A DNA stretch of 64,000 nucleotides from Chloroflexota bacterium (GTDB lineage Bacteria > Chloroflexota > UBA11872 > VXNJ01), in contig OZ252242.1 of NCBI GenBank assembly GCA_965249595.1, positions 848,569 through 912,568 of the forward strand. The letters are read 5' to 3'. This document shows positions 28,958 through 39,336 of the stretch, piece by piece. The stretch's first letter is position 1, and each line of letters begins with the position of its first letter. The notes beneath the pieces are model-generated. The model saw only the letters and a list, made by a program, of their open reading frames with translations. It made no database searches and was not told the origin of the DNA. The translations under genes and the position numbers were made by a program.

Positions 28958-29530
28958 TCATCGGCCCGTTGCCGTGGCGCGACTTTGGTAATGCAAACCA
29001 ACGATTCCGCACTCATAGCGTTTTGCATCGACCAGCTTGAGCGAATCAATCCTCTGCCCATTGGCAAATAAAGGTATGCCGCTGCCCAGCATCACCGGCA
29101 CCACGGCGATCATGTATTCGGAAAGCAGCCCTTCGCCACGCAGCGAATTGGCCAGCTTGCCGCCACCCATTAACCAGGCCCTTTCAACGCCCGCAACCCG
29201 CAGTGCTGCGGCGACCTCGCGGGGAGTTCGCGAAGTCAGTTCAATTGCCGGGTCCAGAAGGGGCAGGTCACGGTTGGTAAAGACCCATGTAGGCATGCCC
29301 GAATGTGGCCAGCTCGCTCGCTTGAGGGCAAATTCATAGGTGCCGCTGCCCATCAGGATCGCATCGATCGAGGCGTAGAACTTGCCGTAACCAAAGTCCT
29401 CGCCGCTGTCGTTAAAAGGGGCGAGCCAGTCGACCCCGCCATCATCGGTGGCGATGAATCCATCGATGCTGGAGGCGACGAAGTAGACGATCTCTGGGGC
29501 TTGGAATTCTTCCGTTTTACGATCCATCAA
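28958..29530 (-). CDS. Dihydrofolate reductase family protein (RibD C-terminal domain-like)
   Basis: 'VYFVASSIDGFIA...DAILMGSGTYE...WLMGGGKL' typical of RibD_C/DHFR-like reductases. Confidence 0.75.
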   Translation of the reverse strand: MMDRKTEEFQAPEIVYFVASSIDGFIATDDGGVDWLAPFNDSGEDFGYGKFYASIDAILMGSGTYEFALKRASWPHSGMPTWVFTNRDLPLLDPAIELTSRTPREVAAALRVAGVERAWLMGGGKLANSLRGEGLLSEYMIAVVPVMLGSGIPLFANGQRIDSLKLVDAKRYECGIVGLHYQSRATATGR

Positions 29531-29776
29531 GCTTGCCTGGCGGAATCTTCACCTTCGTAGGGAGTCTGGGTAAGTTCGTCCGGTCGGGTCGACCTCGGCG
29601 AGCATTTTTGCCGCCTGCCGGGAGGTTATCCAATCTTGCAGTTGGACCGATATTCGGATCTGAAATTGTGGGAGCAGATTGCCGCGACTAGATCGCGATC
29701 AGCCCATTTGGGTCAGGCTGGCCGATCGGCAAAGGGATATCGCACTGAACGCCGATCGAAGGGCCCGGCGGCGGAC

Positions 29777-31156
29777 TCATTTCCCAATACAAAACTTGGA
29801 AAAGATTGCATCGAGCAAATCCTCGGTGGCGTCCTGGCCGGTAATCTGACCAAGTTCGGCGATGGCGCCGGCCAGGCCGATGCAGACAAAATCGCTGGGC
29901 AATCCCTCGCCACAGGCCCGCCGCGCGGCGCCCAGCTCGACGCGGGCCCGCGCCAGTGCTCCAACGTGCCGCTCATTGGTGGTCCGCGGCAGATCGTTTG
30001 AGCGCAGTCCTCCGGTGCCGAGCAAATTTGAGAGTTGTGCCCGCAATCCATCCTGCCCGCTGCCGGTGAGCGCCGAAAAATGCACCGTTGGCCAAGGTTG
30101 CAAGCTGGCAATTTCAGCCTCGCCTAAGACCAACTCAAGGTCGGATTTATTGATCAGCACGATGGCCGGAATGCCGGCGTCGGCAACAATCTGGGCCGCT
30201 TGCCGGTCGGGATCTGTAAGCGGCTTGCCCCCATCAATTACCAGGATTGCCAAATCCGCATCGGCCAAGGCCATGCCGGTCCTGGAAATGCCCTCGGCCT
30301 CAATAGCGTCGGTGGCCGAGCGCACGCCGGCGGTGTCGGAGAGAACCATAGCCACGCCATCGATGGTGAGGGCCTCCTCGAGTACATCGCGGGTCGTGCC
30401 GGCTACGGCGGTGACGATCGCCCGGTCCCTTCCCAACAGTCGATTCAGGGTCGATGATTTGCCGGCATTGGGGGCGCCGACTATGGCGATTCGCACGCCG
30501 CTGCGCAGCAGTTCGCCGGTGGCCGATCCTTCAAGCGCCGCAGCGATGGCCGCCAGAGAGCGGTCGAGGGCTTTGCCTACCTGTTCACGCGGCACGGCCG
30601 GCACATCGTCTTCCGAAAAATCAATCTCGGCCTCCAGGCGCGCCCGCAGATCCAACAGATCGCGGCGGATATTGGCCACCGCGTCGGAGAGGGCTCCGGA
30701 AAGCTGGGCGCGGGCAGCTTTCAGGGCCAGATCATTGGGGGCCGAGACCATGTCGGCAACGGCCTCCGCGCGCGCCAGATCGATGCGCCCGCTCAAAAAT
30801 GCCCGCAGCGTAAATTCGCCGGGCCCCGCCCGGCGGCAGCCGTTAAGCAAAAGGGTCCTTAGGCAGGCCGCAACCGCTGCCGGCCCGCCGTGACAGGATA
30901 TTTCGACCAAGTCTTGCCGGGTGTAGGAATTGGGCCCCTGGAAGTAGGTCAGCAGCGCTTCGTCGAAGGCCACGCCATCACCGGGATCTATCAGGCTGCC
31001 CAGGGTTGCATGACGGTGGGCGATCCGCTCGCCGGGATTGGCGCTAAACACTGCCTGGGCGGCTTTGAGGGCACCCGGACCCGATGCCCGTACCACGCCT
31101 ATCGCCCCGATTCCGGGAGCCGTGGCAACGGCCGCGATCGTATCTTCGAATTCCAT
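29777..31156 (-). CDS. mnmE: tRNA uridine-5-carboxymethylaminomethyl modification GTPase MnmE
   Basis: N-terminal 'DTIAAVATAPG', G-domain 'GAPNAGKSS...TTRD', C-terminal 'CIGK' motif. Confidence 0.9.
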   Translation of the reverse strand: MEFEDTIAAVATAPGIGAIGVVRASGPGALKAAQAVFSANPGERIAHRHATLGSLIDPGDGVAFDEALLTYFQGPNSYTRQDLVEISCHGGPAAVAACLRTLLLNGCRRAGPGEFTLRAFLSGRIDLARAEAVADMVSAPNDLALKAARAQLSGALSDAVANIRRDLLDLRARLEAEIDFSEDDVPAVPREQVGKALDRSLAAIAAALEGSATGELLRSGVRIAIVGAPNAGKSSTLNRLLGRDRAIVTAVAGTTRDVLEEALTIDGVAMVLSDTAGVRSATDAIEAEGISRTGMALADADLAILVIDGGKPLTDPDRQAAQIVADAGIPAIVLINKSDLELVLGEAEIASLQPWPTVHFSALTGSGQDGLRAQLSNLLGTGGLRSNDLPRTTNERHVGALARARVELGAARRACGEGLPSDFVCIGLAGAIAELGQITGQDATEDLLDAIFSKFCIGK

Positions 31157-31185
31157 CCAGTGTCGTTCTTACCGGAGCGGCTCGC

Positions 31186-33045
31186 CTATTGGCGGTAGGC
31201 GGCCGAAGGGATTCGAGTTCGATCGCCGCTGGCTGCGGCCAGCGCCCGGTCGCGCTCCCACCGCAGCACCCAACGGGGAGTGTGAACTCCGACATGATCC
31301 CATGGCATCCGCTCGTCGTCGTCGCGACCGCGGTGAACGTACCAGTCGATGTCGATTCCGGCCTTTTGACTGGCCTCCCGCCACAGCTCTGCGTCGAAGT
31401 GTTCCTGCCAAGCATCCAGACGCGCCCCCGCCCGCCAGGCATGCTCGATCGCCGCTCCTACTCGCCGATCACCCAGCGACAGCAGGGCCTCGATGACCGA
31501 CATCTGGGGGTCGTTCCAATTGAACTGAATCCCACGGACTTTGAGTTCCGAACGCAAGAATCGCTGCTTTTGTGCTATGACCTCGATCTGTTCTTGTCCG
31601 AACCATTGGAACGGCGTGTGGGCCTTCGGAACGAAGGTTGAAACTCCCACCCTCACCTTGGCCCGGCCAGCAATGTGGCGGCGGCCGATTGCCAGCGTGG
31701 CCTTGGCCAAGCGGGCTATGCCGGCCACGTCGGCATGGTCCTCGGTCGGCAGACCAATCATGAAATAGAGCTTGACGGCGTGGAATCCCTGGGCGTAGGC
31801 CACTTCGACGGTGTCCAACAGCTCCTGGTCAGGTATCTCCTTGCGGATCACCTCGCGCAGGCGATCGGTGGCCGCCTCTGGGGCGAAGGTGATCGATCGC
31901 CGGCGTCCCTGCCCCCCGGGCCGAAGGGCCTCAGCGATGGCGACGTTGAACGGCTCGACCCGCGTTGACGGGATGTTGATTTCTAGGCCGCTGTCGTCTA
32001 GTTCCTCGCGCAAATCGGTAATCAGGGTCTGGATATCGCGGTAGTCGACCGCGTTAAGCGAGAGCAGGGTCAGGTCGCGGTGCCCGGTTGAATCGATGAC
32101 CGCGCGCGCTGCCTTTGCCACTTGGGCCGGTTCGCGGGTACGAAGCGGACGGTCGATAAAGCCGGCCTGGCAGAAGCGGCAACCGCGGGCACAGCCGCGA
32201 TGAATCTCTATCGAAGCACGGTCAAACACCGTTCGGCCGTGGGCAACGACCGGTCGCAATGGTCCGATGTGCTCGTTGATATCAACGTACAGGCGCTCGA
32301 TGAGCGGCGATGCGTCGCCGCTAGGGACAACATCGGCCAACCGGCCGTCGGCATGGTAGCGAATTTGATAGAGGGCGGGCACGTAAACACCCTGTTCGGC
32401 CGCCGCCGACCTTAAGAATGTCTCGCGCCAATTGGCCGGTTCGGCCTGCTTGCATTGACCTTGGATTTCCAATAGGCGCGGGAGAATTTCTTCGCCATCG
32501 CCGATTACCGCCAGGTCAAGGAAATCGGCCACTGGTTCGGGATTGACCATTGACGCGCCACCGGCGATGATGATCGGATCATTGACGCCGCGGTCCTTGG
32601 CGCGTAGGGGGATCTGGCCCAGGTCGAGCATCTCGAGCATCCCGGTGGCGCCCATCTCGTAGGGCAGCGAGAACCCGATCATGTCGAATTCGGCCAAGGG
32701 CACCCGGGTTTCGATCCCAAAAAGCGGGCTGCCATGCCGGCGCAAATTTTGGGAGAAGTCAGGCCACGGGCAAAACGCGCGATCGGCCATCAGGTCAGGC
32801 CGGTCGTTGACGATCTCGTAAAGGATCTGTACGCCCAGATTGGACATTCCAATCTGGTATGCGTCGGGGAAAGCGAGACAAACTCTTGTCGTCGCCGATT
32901 CCCAAGGGCGATTGCGGCTGTTCCACTCGCCCCCGACGTAGTGGATCGGGTTGGAAACCCCCTCGAGCAGGGATTCGACATCCACCCGGCGAGATATCGA
33001 TGGTTGGCCGATCGATTGTTTAGCCAGCGGGGTTGAGGGGGTCAA
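31186..33045 (-). CDS. B12-binding-domain-containing radical SAM protein (TIGR03960-like)
   Basis: N-terminal B12-like domain (YVGGEW...IGFSL.YEM), radical SAM core 'HRGCARGCRFCQAG', 619 aa. Confidence 0.8.
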   Translation of the reverse strand: MTPSTPLAKQSIGQPSISRRVDVESLLEGVSNPIHYVGGEWNSRNRPWESATTRVCLAFPDAYQIGMSNLGVQILYEIVNDRPDLMADRAFCPWPDFSQNLRRHGSPLFGIETRVPLAEFDMIGFSLPYEMGATGMLEMLDLGQIPLRAKDRGVNDPIIIAGGASMVNPEPVADFLDLAVIGDGEEILPRLLEIQGQCKQAEPANWRETFLRSAAAEQGVYVPALYQIRYHADGRLADVVPSGDASPLIERLYVDINEHIGPLRPVVAHGRTVFDRASIEIHRGCARGCRFCQAGFIDRPLRTREPAQVAKAARAVIDSTGHRDLTLLSLNAVDYRDIQTLITDLREELDDSGLEINIPSTRVEPFNVAIAEALRPGGQGRRRSITFAPEAATDRLREVIRKEIPDQELLDTVEVAYAQGFHAVKLYFMIGLPTEDHADVAGIARLAKATLAIGRRHIAGRAKVRVGVSTFVPKAHTPFQWFGQEQIEVIAQKQRFLRSELKVRGIQFNWNDPQMSVIEALLSLGDRRVGAAIEHAWRAGARLDAWQEHFDAELWREASQKAGIDIDWYVHRGRDDDERMPWDHVGVHTPRWVLRWERDRALAAASGDRTRIPSAAYRQ

Positions 33046-33178
33046 AAGATTGGAACTCCACGGTCCGGCGCCAAACCCGACCGAGTATCGCAGGCTTTAA
33101 CGGCGCTGCCACCTCGGCGGGGCATAAGAATAGAGATGAAATCCAATTGTTTGGGCGGATCAACCGACGCTGCGGCGG

Positions 33179-34156
33179 GTGCATTCCGCAATAGATGGGG
33201 ATGGGGGAATTGAAATGCAAACCACTCGAGCCGCGCTCGTGGCGCCGCGCCAATTTGAGCTGGTCCCAATTGATCTTGTGCCGGGACCGGGCGAGGTGTT
33301 GGTTGAAGTTGCCGCCTGCGGAATCTGTTCGTCGGAACTGCCTGTCTATACCGGCGATCGCCAAGTTGAATATCCGGCTTACCTCGGTCATGAGGGCGTC
33401 GGCGTAATTGCGGCGCTTGGAGCCGGCGTGGACGGTTGGCGGGAAGGCGATCGCGTTACCGGGCAAATCAACCGGGCCTTCGCCACCCATACGGTCGTTG
33501 GCACTGAGATGTTGTTTCCGGTTCCAGCCGGCGTGGATTTGAGTCATGCCCTGGGCGAGCCGCTCTTCTGCACGGCCAACATCGCCCGTTCGGCGGGACC
33601 TGAGTTTGGCGACCACGTGGTCGTAGTTGGCTGCGGGCAAATGGGATTGTTAGCCATTGCGGCTCTGCGCAGCGCCAATCTGGGTAGCCTGATTGCGGTT
33701 GACCGCATTGCCGAACGCCGTCAGCTGGCGCTTGAAATCGGGGCTACCCACGTTACCGTCGAGGACCCCATCGCCGAGGTGATGGATATTACCGGCGGAG
33801 GCGCCGATGTTGTCGTTGAGGTGGTCGGACACCCGGGCGGATTAAAACTTGCCGGCGATCTGCTCCGTCCCAGTCGCGGAAAACTTGTAATGGCCGGCTA
33901 CCATCAGCTCGCCGACACCTACGACCTGCGCAATTTTTCCTTCAAGGGACTTATCGCCCACTCCTCCCATCCCCATTACTCGCCCGACATGGCCGGCGAC
34001 TATCGGCGGGCCCTCCGGGCGCTGGGACGCGGTGTGTTTCCGATGGAAAAGATAGTTACCCACCGCTTTCCACTTGACCGCGTTGCGGACGGCTTCGAAG
34101 GGCTTGCAGCGCATGCCTCGGGGTTCCTAAAAGGAATCGTCGTTCCCGGCGATTGA
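33179..34156 (+). CDS. Zinc-binding alcohol dehydrogenase family (MDR) oxidoreductase
   Basis: 'GEVLVEVAACGICSSE', 'GHEGVGVI', Rossmann 'VVVGCGQMGL'. Confidence 0.85.
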   Translation: MHSAIDGDGGIEMQTTRAALVAPRQFELVPIDLVPGPGEVLVEVAACGICSSELPVYTGDRQVEYPAYLGHEGVGVIAALGAGVDGWREGDRVTGQINRAFATHTVVGTEMLFPVPAGVDLSHALGEPLFCTANIARSAGPEFGDHVVVVGCGQMGLLAIAALRSANLGSLIAVDRIAERRQLALEIGATHVTVEDPIAEVMDITGGGADVVVEVVGHPGGLKLAGDLLRPSRGKLVMAGYHQLADTYDLRNFSFKGLIAHSSHPHYSPDMAGDYRRALRALGRGVFPMEKIVTHRFPLDRVADGFEGLAAHASGFLKGIVVPGD

Positions 34157-34620
34157 TCGCCCCGATTCCGCTTCGCCCGGCGGCGATCGATATATTCTTG
34201 ACCAGATTGGTAAAGAAAGCGGCGGGAAGGGCATTGCTCGCGATCAATTCACACGCTTGCTACGGCGTTGCGGCGTTAGTCGACCTGGCCCAACACGGCA
34301 CACGGTCCTTCGTCCGGGCGCGCGACATCGCCGATCGCAAGGGGGTTCCGATTTCAATCCTGGGACAGGTGCTAGCCACGCTGGCCAGGGCGGGATACGT
34401 TCGCAGCAGGCGCGGCGCCAGCGGCGGCTATCAATTGGCGGTGGACTCAACCGCCGTTACCCTGGGAAAAATCCTGCTGGAATTGGGCATGGAACCGCCC
34501 GGCCAATCCTGTCTCGGTATCGCCACTGCCGAAAAGGCGGCGATGGCCGCCCTGGAGCGGGTCACACTGGCCGATTTGGCCCTGGAGAGTGCCAACGATC
34601 TCGGCGGCTACCAAATTTGA
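34153..34620 (+). CDS. Rrf2-family transcriptional regulator (start likely downstream non-ATG codon)
   Basis: 'CYGVAALVDLAQ...ISILGQVLATLARAGYVRSRRGASGGYQLA' matches Rrf2 wHTH. No Cys triad for Fe-S obvious. Confidence 0.6.
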   Translation: MIAPIPLRPAAIDIFLTRLVKKAAGRALLAINSHACYGVAALVDLAQHGTRSFVRARDIADRKGVPISILGQVLATLARAGYVRSRRGASGGYQLAVDSTAVTLGKILLELGMEPPGQSCLGIATAEKAAMAALERVTLADLALESANDLGGYQI

Positions 34621-34633
34621 CGGGGTTTGAGCC

Positions 34634-35008
34634 CTAGAAGAACACCGGGTCCATGTAGGGCAGTACGCCAAAGAGGGCCCCGAACGACAGCAGCAGCCCG
34701 ATGGCCACCAGCAACCCGCCACCCATGAGAATCGAAAAGGTGCGGGCGTCGCCGAAAAGGTGCATGTAGTAGCCCAGTACGCCCAGCGCCTTGAGGGCCA
34801 TGAGCACGAACAGGGCAATGACAATCGGCCAGAGGCCTATCGGCAGAAAAATCACCGCTACCTCGACGCCGGTGATGATAAACAGCCAGATCGCCACCGC
34901 CACGTAATTGGTGTGGTGCTTCTTGTGGGAAGCGGCCACTTCACGGGCCTGTTCAATCGCGCGCCGCCGTTCGGCGTTTATTTCAGAGCGAAAGTCGGCC
35001 TGCATCAT
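34634..35008 (-). CDS. ctaF: Cytochrome c oxidase subunit IV (CtaF-like small membrane subunit)
   Basis: Small 3-TM protein immediately downstream of ctaE in ctaCDEF order. Sequence-level call weak. Confidence 0.5.
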   Translation of the reverse strand: MMQADFRSEINAERRRAIEQAREVAASHKKHHTNYVAVAIWLFIITGVEVAVIFLPIGLWPIVIALFVLMALKALGVLGYYMHLFGDARTFSILMGGGLLVAIGLLLSFGALFGVLPYMDPVFF

Positions 35009-35670
35009 TGCGGCGCCGGCAAAAGGTAGATGAGCGTGAAGATGAACACCCAGACCAGGTCAACAAAGTGCCAATAGAGTCCGCAAAGTTCAACCGAGAC
35101 GTAGGATCCGCCATCGCTGCCAGCATCGGGCGAGGATGGCAACTCCTCCTCGACCCCGACGGCGTAGGCCAGTGGCCGGCGGGCGTTTTCGCCCACTCTG
35201 AAGACCAGCAGGGAAATGAGCCAAACGACACCCCAAAAAACATGGGCGCCATGGAATCCGGTGAGGACGAAGAACGACGCTCCGAACATGCTCGAGGTCA
35301 TCCCCAGCCCTTCGAGTCCAAAGTGGGTGAATTCGTAGATCTGAATTCCCAGGAAGGCCGTACCCAAACCGGCGGTAAAGAGGATGTTGTTGCGGTAGGC
35401 GATCGTATTGCCGTTGCGCAGCCCGCGCAGCGCCAGCACCATCGTCAGCGATGACATCAGGAGCACGAAGGCTCCCAAACCGGTCAGGTTGATGTCGAGA
35501 TGGTCGGACCCCAAGCCACCTTCGTGGGCTCCGCGCCAGACGAAGAAATTGGCGATCAAAGTTCCAAAGAACAGCGATTCGGAGCCGATAAAAGCCCACA
35601 TGCCCAGCTTGCGCATGTCCAACCCGAGGCTGGTCGGTGGATGGGCGGATCCGTGGGCTTCGGCGGCCAT
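35005..35670 (-). CDS. ctaE: Cytochrome c oxidase subunit III
   Basis: 'MWAFIGSESLFFGTLI...GFHGAHVFWGV...WHFVDLVWVFIF' CoxIII signatures. Confidence 0.9.
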   Translation of the reverse strand: MAAEAHGSAHPPTSLGLDMRKLGMWAFIGSESLFFGTLIANFFVWRGAHEGGLGSDHLDINLTGLGAFVLLMSSLTMVLALRGLRNGNTIAYRNNILFTAGLGTAFLGIQIYEFTHFGLEGLGMTSSMFGASFFVLTGFHGAHVFWGVVWLISLLVFRVGENARRPLAYAVGVEEELPSSPDAGSDGGSYVSVELCGLYWHFVDLVWVFIFTLIYLLPAPQ

Positions 35671-35703
35671 TTTGTCAGTTAGTCCCCAATGATTTCGGTT
35701 TGA

Positions 35704-37593
35704 TTAAACCGGCTCTCGCGACCAGGCGAAGATAGAGCCAACAAGCAAGAGGATACCCGCCGCCGCTAGCGGCAGGAAATAGATTACGCCCAGCCCGAAC
35801 AGCGCCAAGCCGAGGGCCAGTAAGACCGGCCAATAAGACGACGGGGGCATGTGAATGTGGGTGTCGGGCGGTCCGTACATCGGCGGCGCCGCCGATGCGG
35901 CGGTATGGCCGTTGCCCCCTGCTGCTGTGGCCGGCAGGTCGATGTGCTCAATAGTCTCGGGGTGCTTTTCGTCCCAGAACGGGCGGTTGGAAAAGACCCG
36001 CGGGATGGCGGCGAAGTTGTAGAGCGGCACCGGCGTTGGAATGGCCCATTCCAGGGTGTGCCCGTCCCAGGGATCGGCCGGGGCGGTTTCCTTCGAAGTG
36101 AGGCTCTTGTAGATCATGTAGATGAAGATGATGGCGGCGATCGCGGTAAGGTAAGCGCCGATGGTCGAGAGCATGTTCCACAATTCCCAGCCAAAGTCGG
36201 CCGGGTAGGTGTAGACGCGCCGCGGCATACCGTCGTTACCCGCGATGTGCATTGGCCCAAAGGTGAGATTAAATCCGATCATGGTCAGGGCAAAGTGCCA
36301 ACGACCCAGTTTTTCACTCAATACTTTGCCGAACATCTTCGGCCACCAGTAGTAGATCCCGGCCAGGATGCCCATGATCGAGCCGCCGAAGAGAACGTAA
36401 TGGAAGTGGGCGACGATGAAGTAGGTGTCGGTGTGCTGCTGGTCAACCGGCACCGCCGCGTGCATCATGCCCGAGAGCCCGCCGATCGTAAACATCGCCA
36501 CAAACCCGACCGCAAAGAGCATCGGCGTAGTGATATTTATGGATGCCCGCCAGAGGGTTGCCGACCAGTTGAGGACCTTGACCCCGGTGGGGATGGCGAT
36601 GAGCATGGTCATCGCCGCGAAAACGCTGTTGGCGATCGGGCCCATGCCCACCGCGAACATGTGGTGGGCCCATACCGTAAAACCCAAGAAGCCAATCGAG
36701 ATGCCGGAAAAAACTATAGCCGTGTAACCAAATATCGGTTTGCGGGCAAAGACCGGAATAACCTCGGAGATCATTCCCATTGACGGCAGGATCAGGATAT
36801 AGACCTCGGGATGGCCGAAGAACCAGAACATGTGCTGCCAGAGGATCGGATCGCCGCCCGGCTCGGTGGCCTGGAAGAACGTGGTGCCCACGGTGCGGTC
36901 GAAGAGCAGCAGGATGAAGGCGACCGTTAGCGGAGGCAGCGCGAAGACCAGCAGAAACTGGGTCACCAGGGACATCCAGGTAAATATCGGCAGGCGCGTA
37001 AATGTCATCCCGGGCGCCCGCATGTTCAGGATCGTGACGATAAAGTTCACGCCGGCCATGATCGATGAGGTGCCGAGGATTCCGAGCCCGACCAGGTAGT
37101 AGTTCATGCCGTTGGAGGCTGAGAACTGGTCGTCGGAGAGCGGGGGGTAGGCAAACCAGCCAGCATCGGCCGCGCCGCCGGTAAACCAGGACACGTTAAA
37201 CAGAATCCCGCCGAATAGGAAGATCCAATAGGAGAGGGCGTTTAGGCGCGGGAAAGCGACGTCGCGAGCGCCGATCTGCAATGGAATCAGGAAGTTGAAA
37301 AACGCCGAGTTGATGGGCATTATCACCAGGAAGATCATGATCAACCCGTGCATGGTGAAGAACTGATTGAAGGTTCCGCCGTCGACTAAGTCGTTCTCGG
37401 GCACCGCCAGCTGGGTGCGGATGACCATTGCCAGTCCGCCGCCAACCAACGAGAAAGCCAGCGCCGTAAAGAGATACAGCTTGGCGATTCGTTTGTGGTC
37501 TACGGTCGTGATCCACGCCCAAAGCCCGTACTCTTCAGTCGGCAGTGATATGCCGGTGTCGTGGGGGGCGGCAGTTCCAGTCAATACGGCCAT
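35704..37593 (-). CDS. ctaD: Cytochrome c oxidase subunit I (heme-copper oxidase catalytic subunit)
   Basis: 'WITTVDHKRIAKLY', 'HHMFAVGMG', 629 aa with 12+ TM helices. Confidence 0.95.
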   Translation of the reverse strand: MAVLTGTAAPHDTGISLPTEEYGLWAWITTVDHKRIAKLYLFTALAFSLVGGGLAMVIRTQLAVPENDLVDGGTFNQFFTMHGLIMIFLVIMPINSAFFNFLIPLQIGARDVAFPRLNALSYWIFLFGGILFNVSWFTGGAADAGWFAYPPLSDDQFSASNGMNYYLVGLGILGTSSIMAGVNFIVTILNMRAPGMTFTRLPIFTWMSLVTQFLLVFALPPLTVAFILLLFDRTVGTTFFQATEPGGDPILWQHMFWFFGHPEVYILILPSMGMISEVIPVFARKPIFGYTAIVFSGISIGFLGFTVWAHHMFAVGMGPIANSVFAAMTMLIAIPTGVKVLNWSATLWRASINITTPMLFAVGFVAMFTIGGLSGMMHAAVPVDQQHTDTYFIVAHFHYVLFGGSIMGILAGIYYWWPKMFGKVLSEKLGRWHFALTMIGFNLTFGPMHIAGNDGMPRRVYTYPADFGWELWNMLSTIGAYLTAIAAIIFIYMIYKSLTSKETAPADPWDGHTLEWAIPTPVPLYNFAAIPRVFSNRPFWDEKHPETIEHIDLPATAAGGNGHTAASAAPPMYGPPDTHIHMPPSSYWPVLLALGLALFGLGVIYFLPLAAAGILLLVGSIFAWSREPV

Positions 37594-37598
37594 CTAGA

Positions 37599-38753
37599 TC
37601 AAAGCCCTTCCAAGAAGGTCGCGATCGTGTCGGCCTCGGCTGGTGTAAGGCCAAGGTTAGGCATCAACACTCCAGGTTTGATTTGTTCCGGGTTTTGGAT
37701 CCAGGCCCGCAGGTTGGCCGGCGTGTTTTCGATCAGATTCGATCCTATGACGGTGCGGCTGCCAAATGCGGTCAACTCGGGTCCAACTTGGCCCTGAATG
37801 ATCGTCCCGCGGATAGCGTGGCAAGCATTACAAGTTTTGCTCACCATCAGTCGGGCAGCTTCAGAATCTTTTTCTTCGTCGGTTAGCTCGCGCCGTTGGA
37901 TGGCCACCCATTCGTCAAATTCAGCCTGCGTTACAACGTGGGTTTTGACCCGCATGTCGGCATGGGCCCACCCGCAAAATTCGGTGCACTGGCCTTCGTA
38001 GACCCCGACGATTTCGGGGGTGAATTTAAATCCGTTGACCCGACCCGGCACGACGTCCATCTTGCCCGACAGCTTGGGTATCCAAAAGCCGTGGATTACG
38101 TCATTAGATTGCAGGGTCAGGGCCACTTCGCGGTCGACCACCAGGTAGAGCTCGTTGGCGGTGATCACGCCCTCGGCCGGGTATTCAAATTCCCACCACC
38201 ACTGGTTGCCCCAAACATTCACGCGAAGAGCGTCGGGGCCCGGTTCGGCGGCCTGGATCGAGATTGTGCGAATGGTGATCACGGCCAGGGCTATCACGAT
38301 CGCCGTTGGCACCGCGGTCCAGACCGCCTCCAGCTTGTTATTGCCGTGGGTTTGGGGCGGGATGGCATCGTTGCCGGGCCGGCGCCGATAGGCGATCAGG
38401 GCATAGATCAACCAGCCTTCAACCCCGAGCAGAATAATCGCTGCCCCAACTAGGATGATGATGAAAAGATCGAGCGTTTGGCGCGCGTTGTCGCCGGCCG
38501 GATCCATGATGGTCTGCGGCAATTCACCGCAGCCGGCAAGGATTGCCGCTGAGACCACCAACAACGAGATGGCGATCAAAAGTTTGAGCTTGGCCGCAGG
38601 ACGACTTCCGTCAGCGCGGGTCAGACGAGGTATGGGGCTGTTTCCAGTCCTTAGCAGGGAGTGGTCGGCGCGCGCACAATCCCAATATTCGTACAGGCGA
38701 AAAATTATAGGCGCGCCCGCTTCCGCGAGGCCGATCGGACGACTGAAAATCAT
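37599..38753 (-). CDS. ctaC: Cytochrome c oxidase subunit II with C-terminal cytochrome c domain (caa3-type)
   Basis: CuA site 'CTEFCGWAHADM', fused c-type heme motif 'CNACH'. Lipobox-like 'ILAGC'. Track ORF extends to 38861, overlapping pyrE; ATG at 38753 (MIFSRP) is a plausible start. Confidence 0.8.
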   Translation of the reverse strand: MIFSRPIGLAEAGAPIIFRLYEYWDCARADHSLLRTGNSPIPRLTRADGSRPAAKLKLLIAISLLVVSAAILAGCGELPQTIMDPAGDNARQTLDLFIIILVGAAIILLGVEGWLIYALIAYRRRPGNDAIPPQTHGNNKLEAVWTAVPTAIVIALAVITIRTISIQAAEPGPDALRVNVWGNQWWWEFEYPAEGVITANELYLVVDREVALTLQSNDVIHGFWIPKLSGKMDVVPGRVNGFKFTPEIVGVYEGQCTEFCGWAHADMRVKTHVVTQAEFDEWVAIQRRELTDEEKDSEAARLMVSKTCNACHAIRGTIIQGQVGPELTAFGSRTVIGSNLIENTPANLRAWIQNPEQIKPGVLMPNLGLTPAEADTIATFLEGL

Positions 38754-38805
38754 TGGCAAGCGGGCCTTGTGCCTTGGCAATTCCAACAGATAGTTAGGAC
38801 CCAGA

Positions 38806-39336
38806 GTGAGTAATACGGATTCGAAGCAGTTGGGCGACCGGTTGTTGGCGGTTGCCCTCATGCGCGGCGACTTCGTGCTCAGCTCCGGGCGGCGCTCTGA
38901 CTATTACTTCGACAAATACCGCTTCGAAACGCGACCCGAACTACTGGGTCCGGTGGCCGACGCACTCTTGCAGAAATTGCCGCCAGGCACCGAGTTGCTG
39001 GCCGCACCGGAATTGGGGGCGGTCGCGCTGGCGACGGCAATGTCGCTGCGTTCCGGTTTGCCGTTCGTAATCATCCGCAAGACACCCAAGCAGTACGGCA
39101 CCGCCCGTTACTTTGAGGGTGAAGTGGCGGCGGGCCAGCGCGTGGTGCTGGTCGAGGATGTCATCACCACCGGAGGCCAGGCCCTTGCCGCGGCCAATCG
39201 ACTGCGGCGGTTCGGGGTTCATTTGGACACATGTCTGTGCGTGCTCGACCGCGAAGAAGGCGGTAGGGAGCGTTTCTCGGAATTTGAGATTTCGCTGCGG
39301 CCGCTCTTTACCAAGTCCTCGTTAGGAATCGAATGA
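38806..39336 (+). CDS. pyrE: Orotate phosphoribosyltransferase
   Basis: 'VLVEDVITTGGQ' PRPP-binding motif, 176 aa. Confidence 0.9.
   Translation: MSNTDSKQLGDRLLAVALMRGDFVLSSGRRSDYYFDKYRFETRPELLGPVADALLQKLPPGTELLAAPELGAVALATAMSLRSGLPFVIIRKTPKQYGTARYFEGEVAAGQRVVLVEDVITTGGQALAAANRLRRFGVHLDTCLCVLDREEGGRERFSEFEISLRPLFTKSSLGIE

Noticed and set aside
33020-33640. 206-aa minus-strand ORF spanning the rSAM/ADH intergenic region and the ADH 5' end
   Set aside because: Overlaps the confidently called MDR alcohol dehydrogenase on the other strand. No homology signal.
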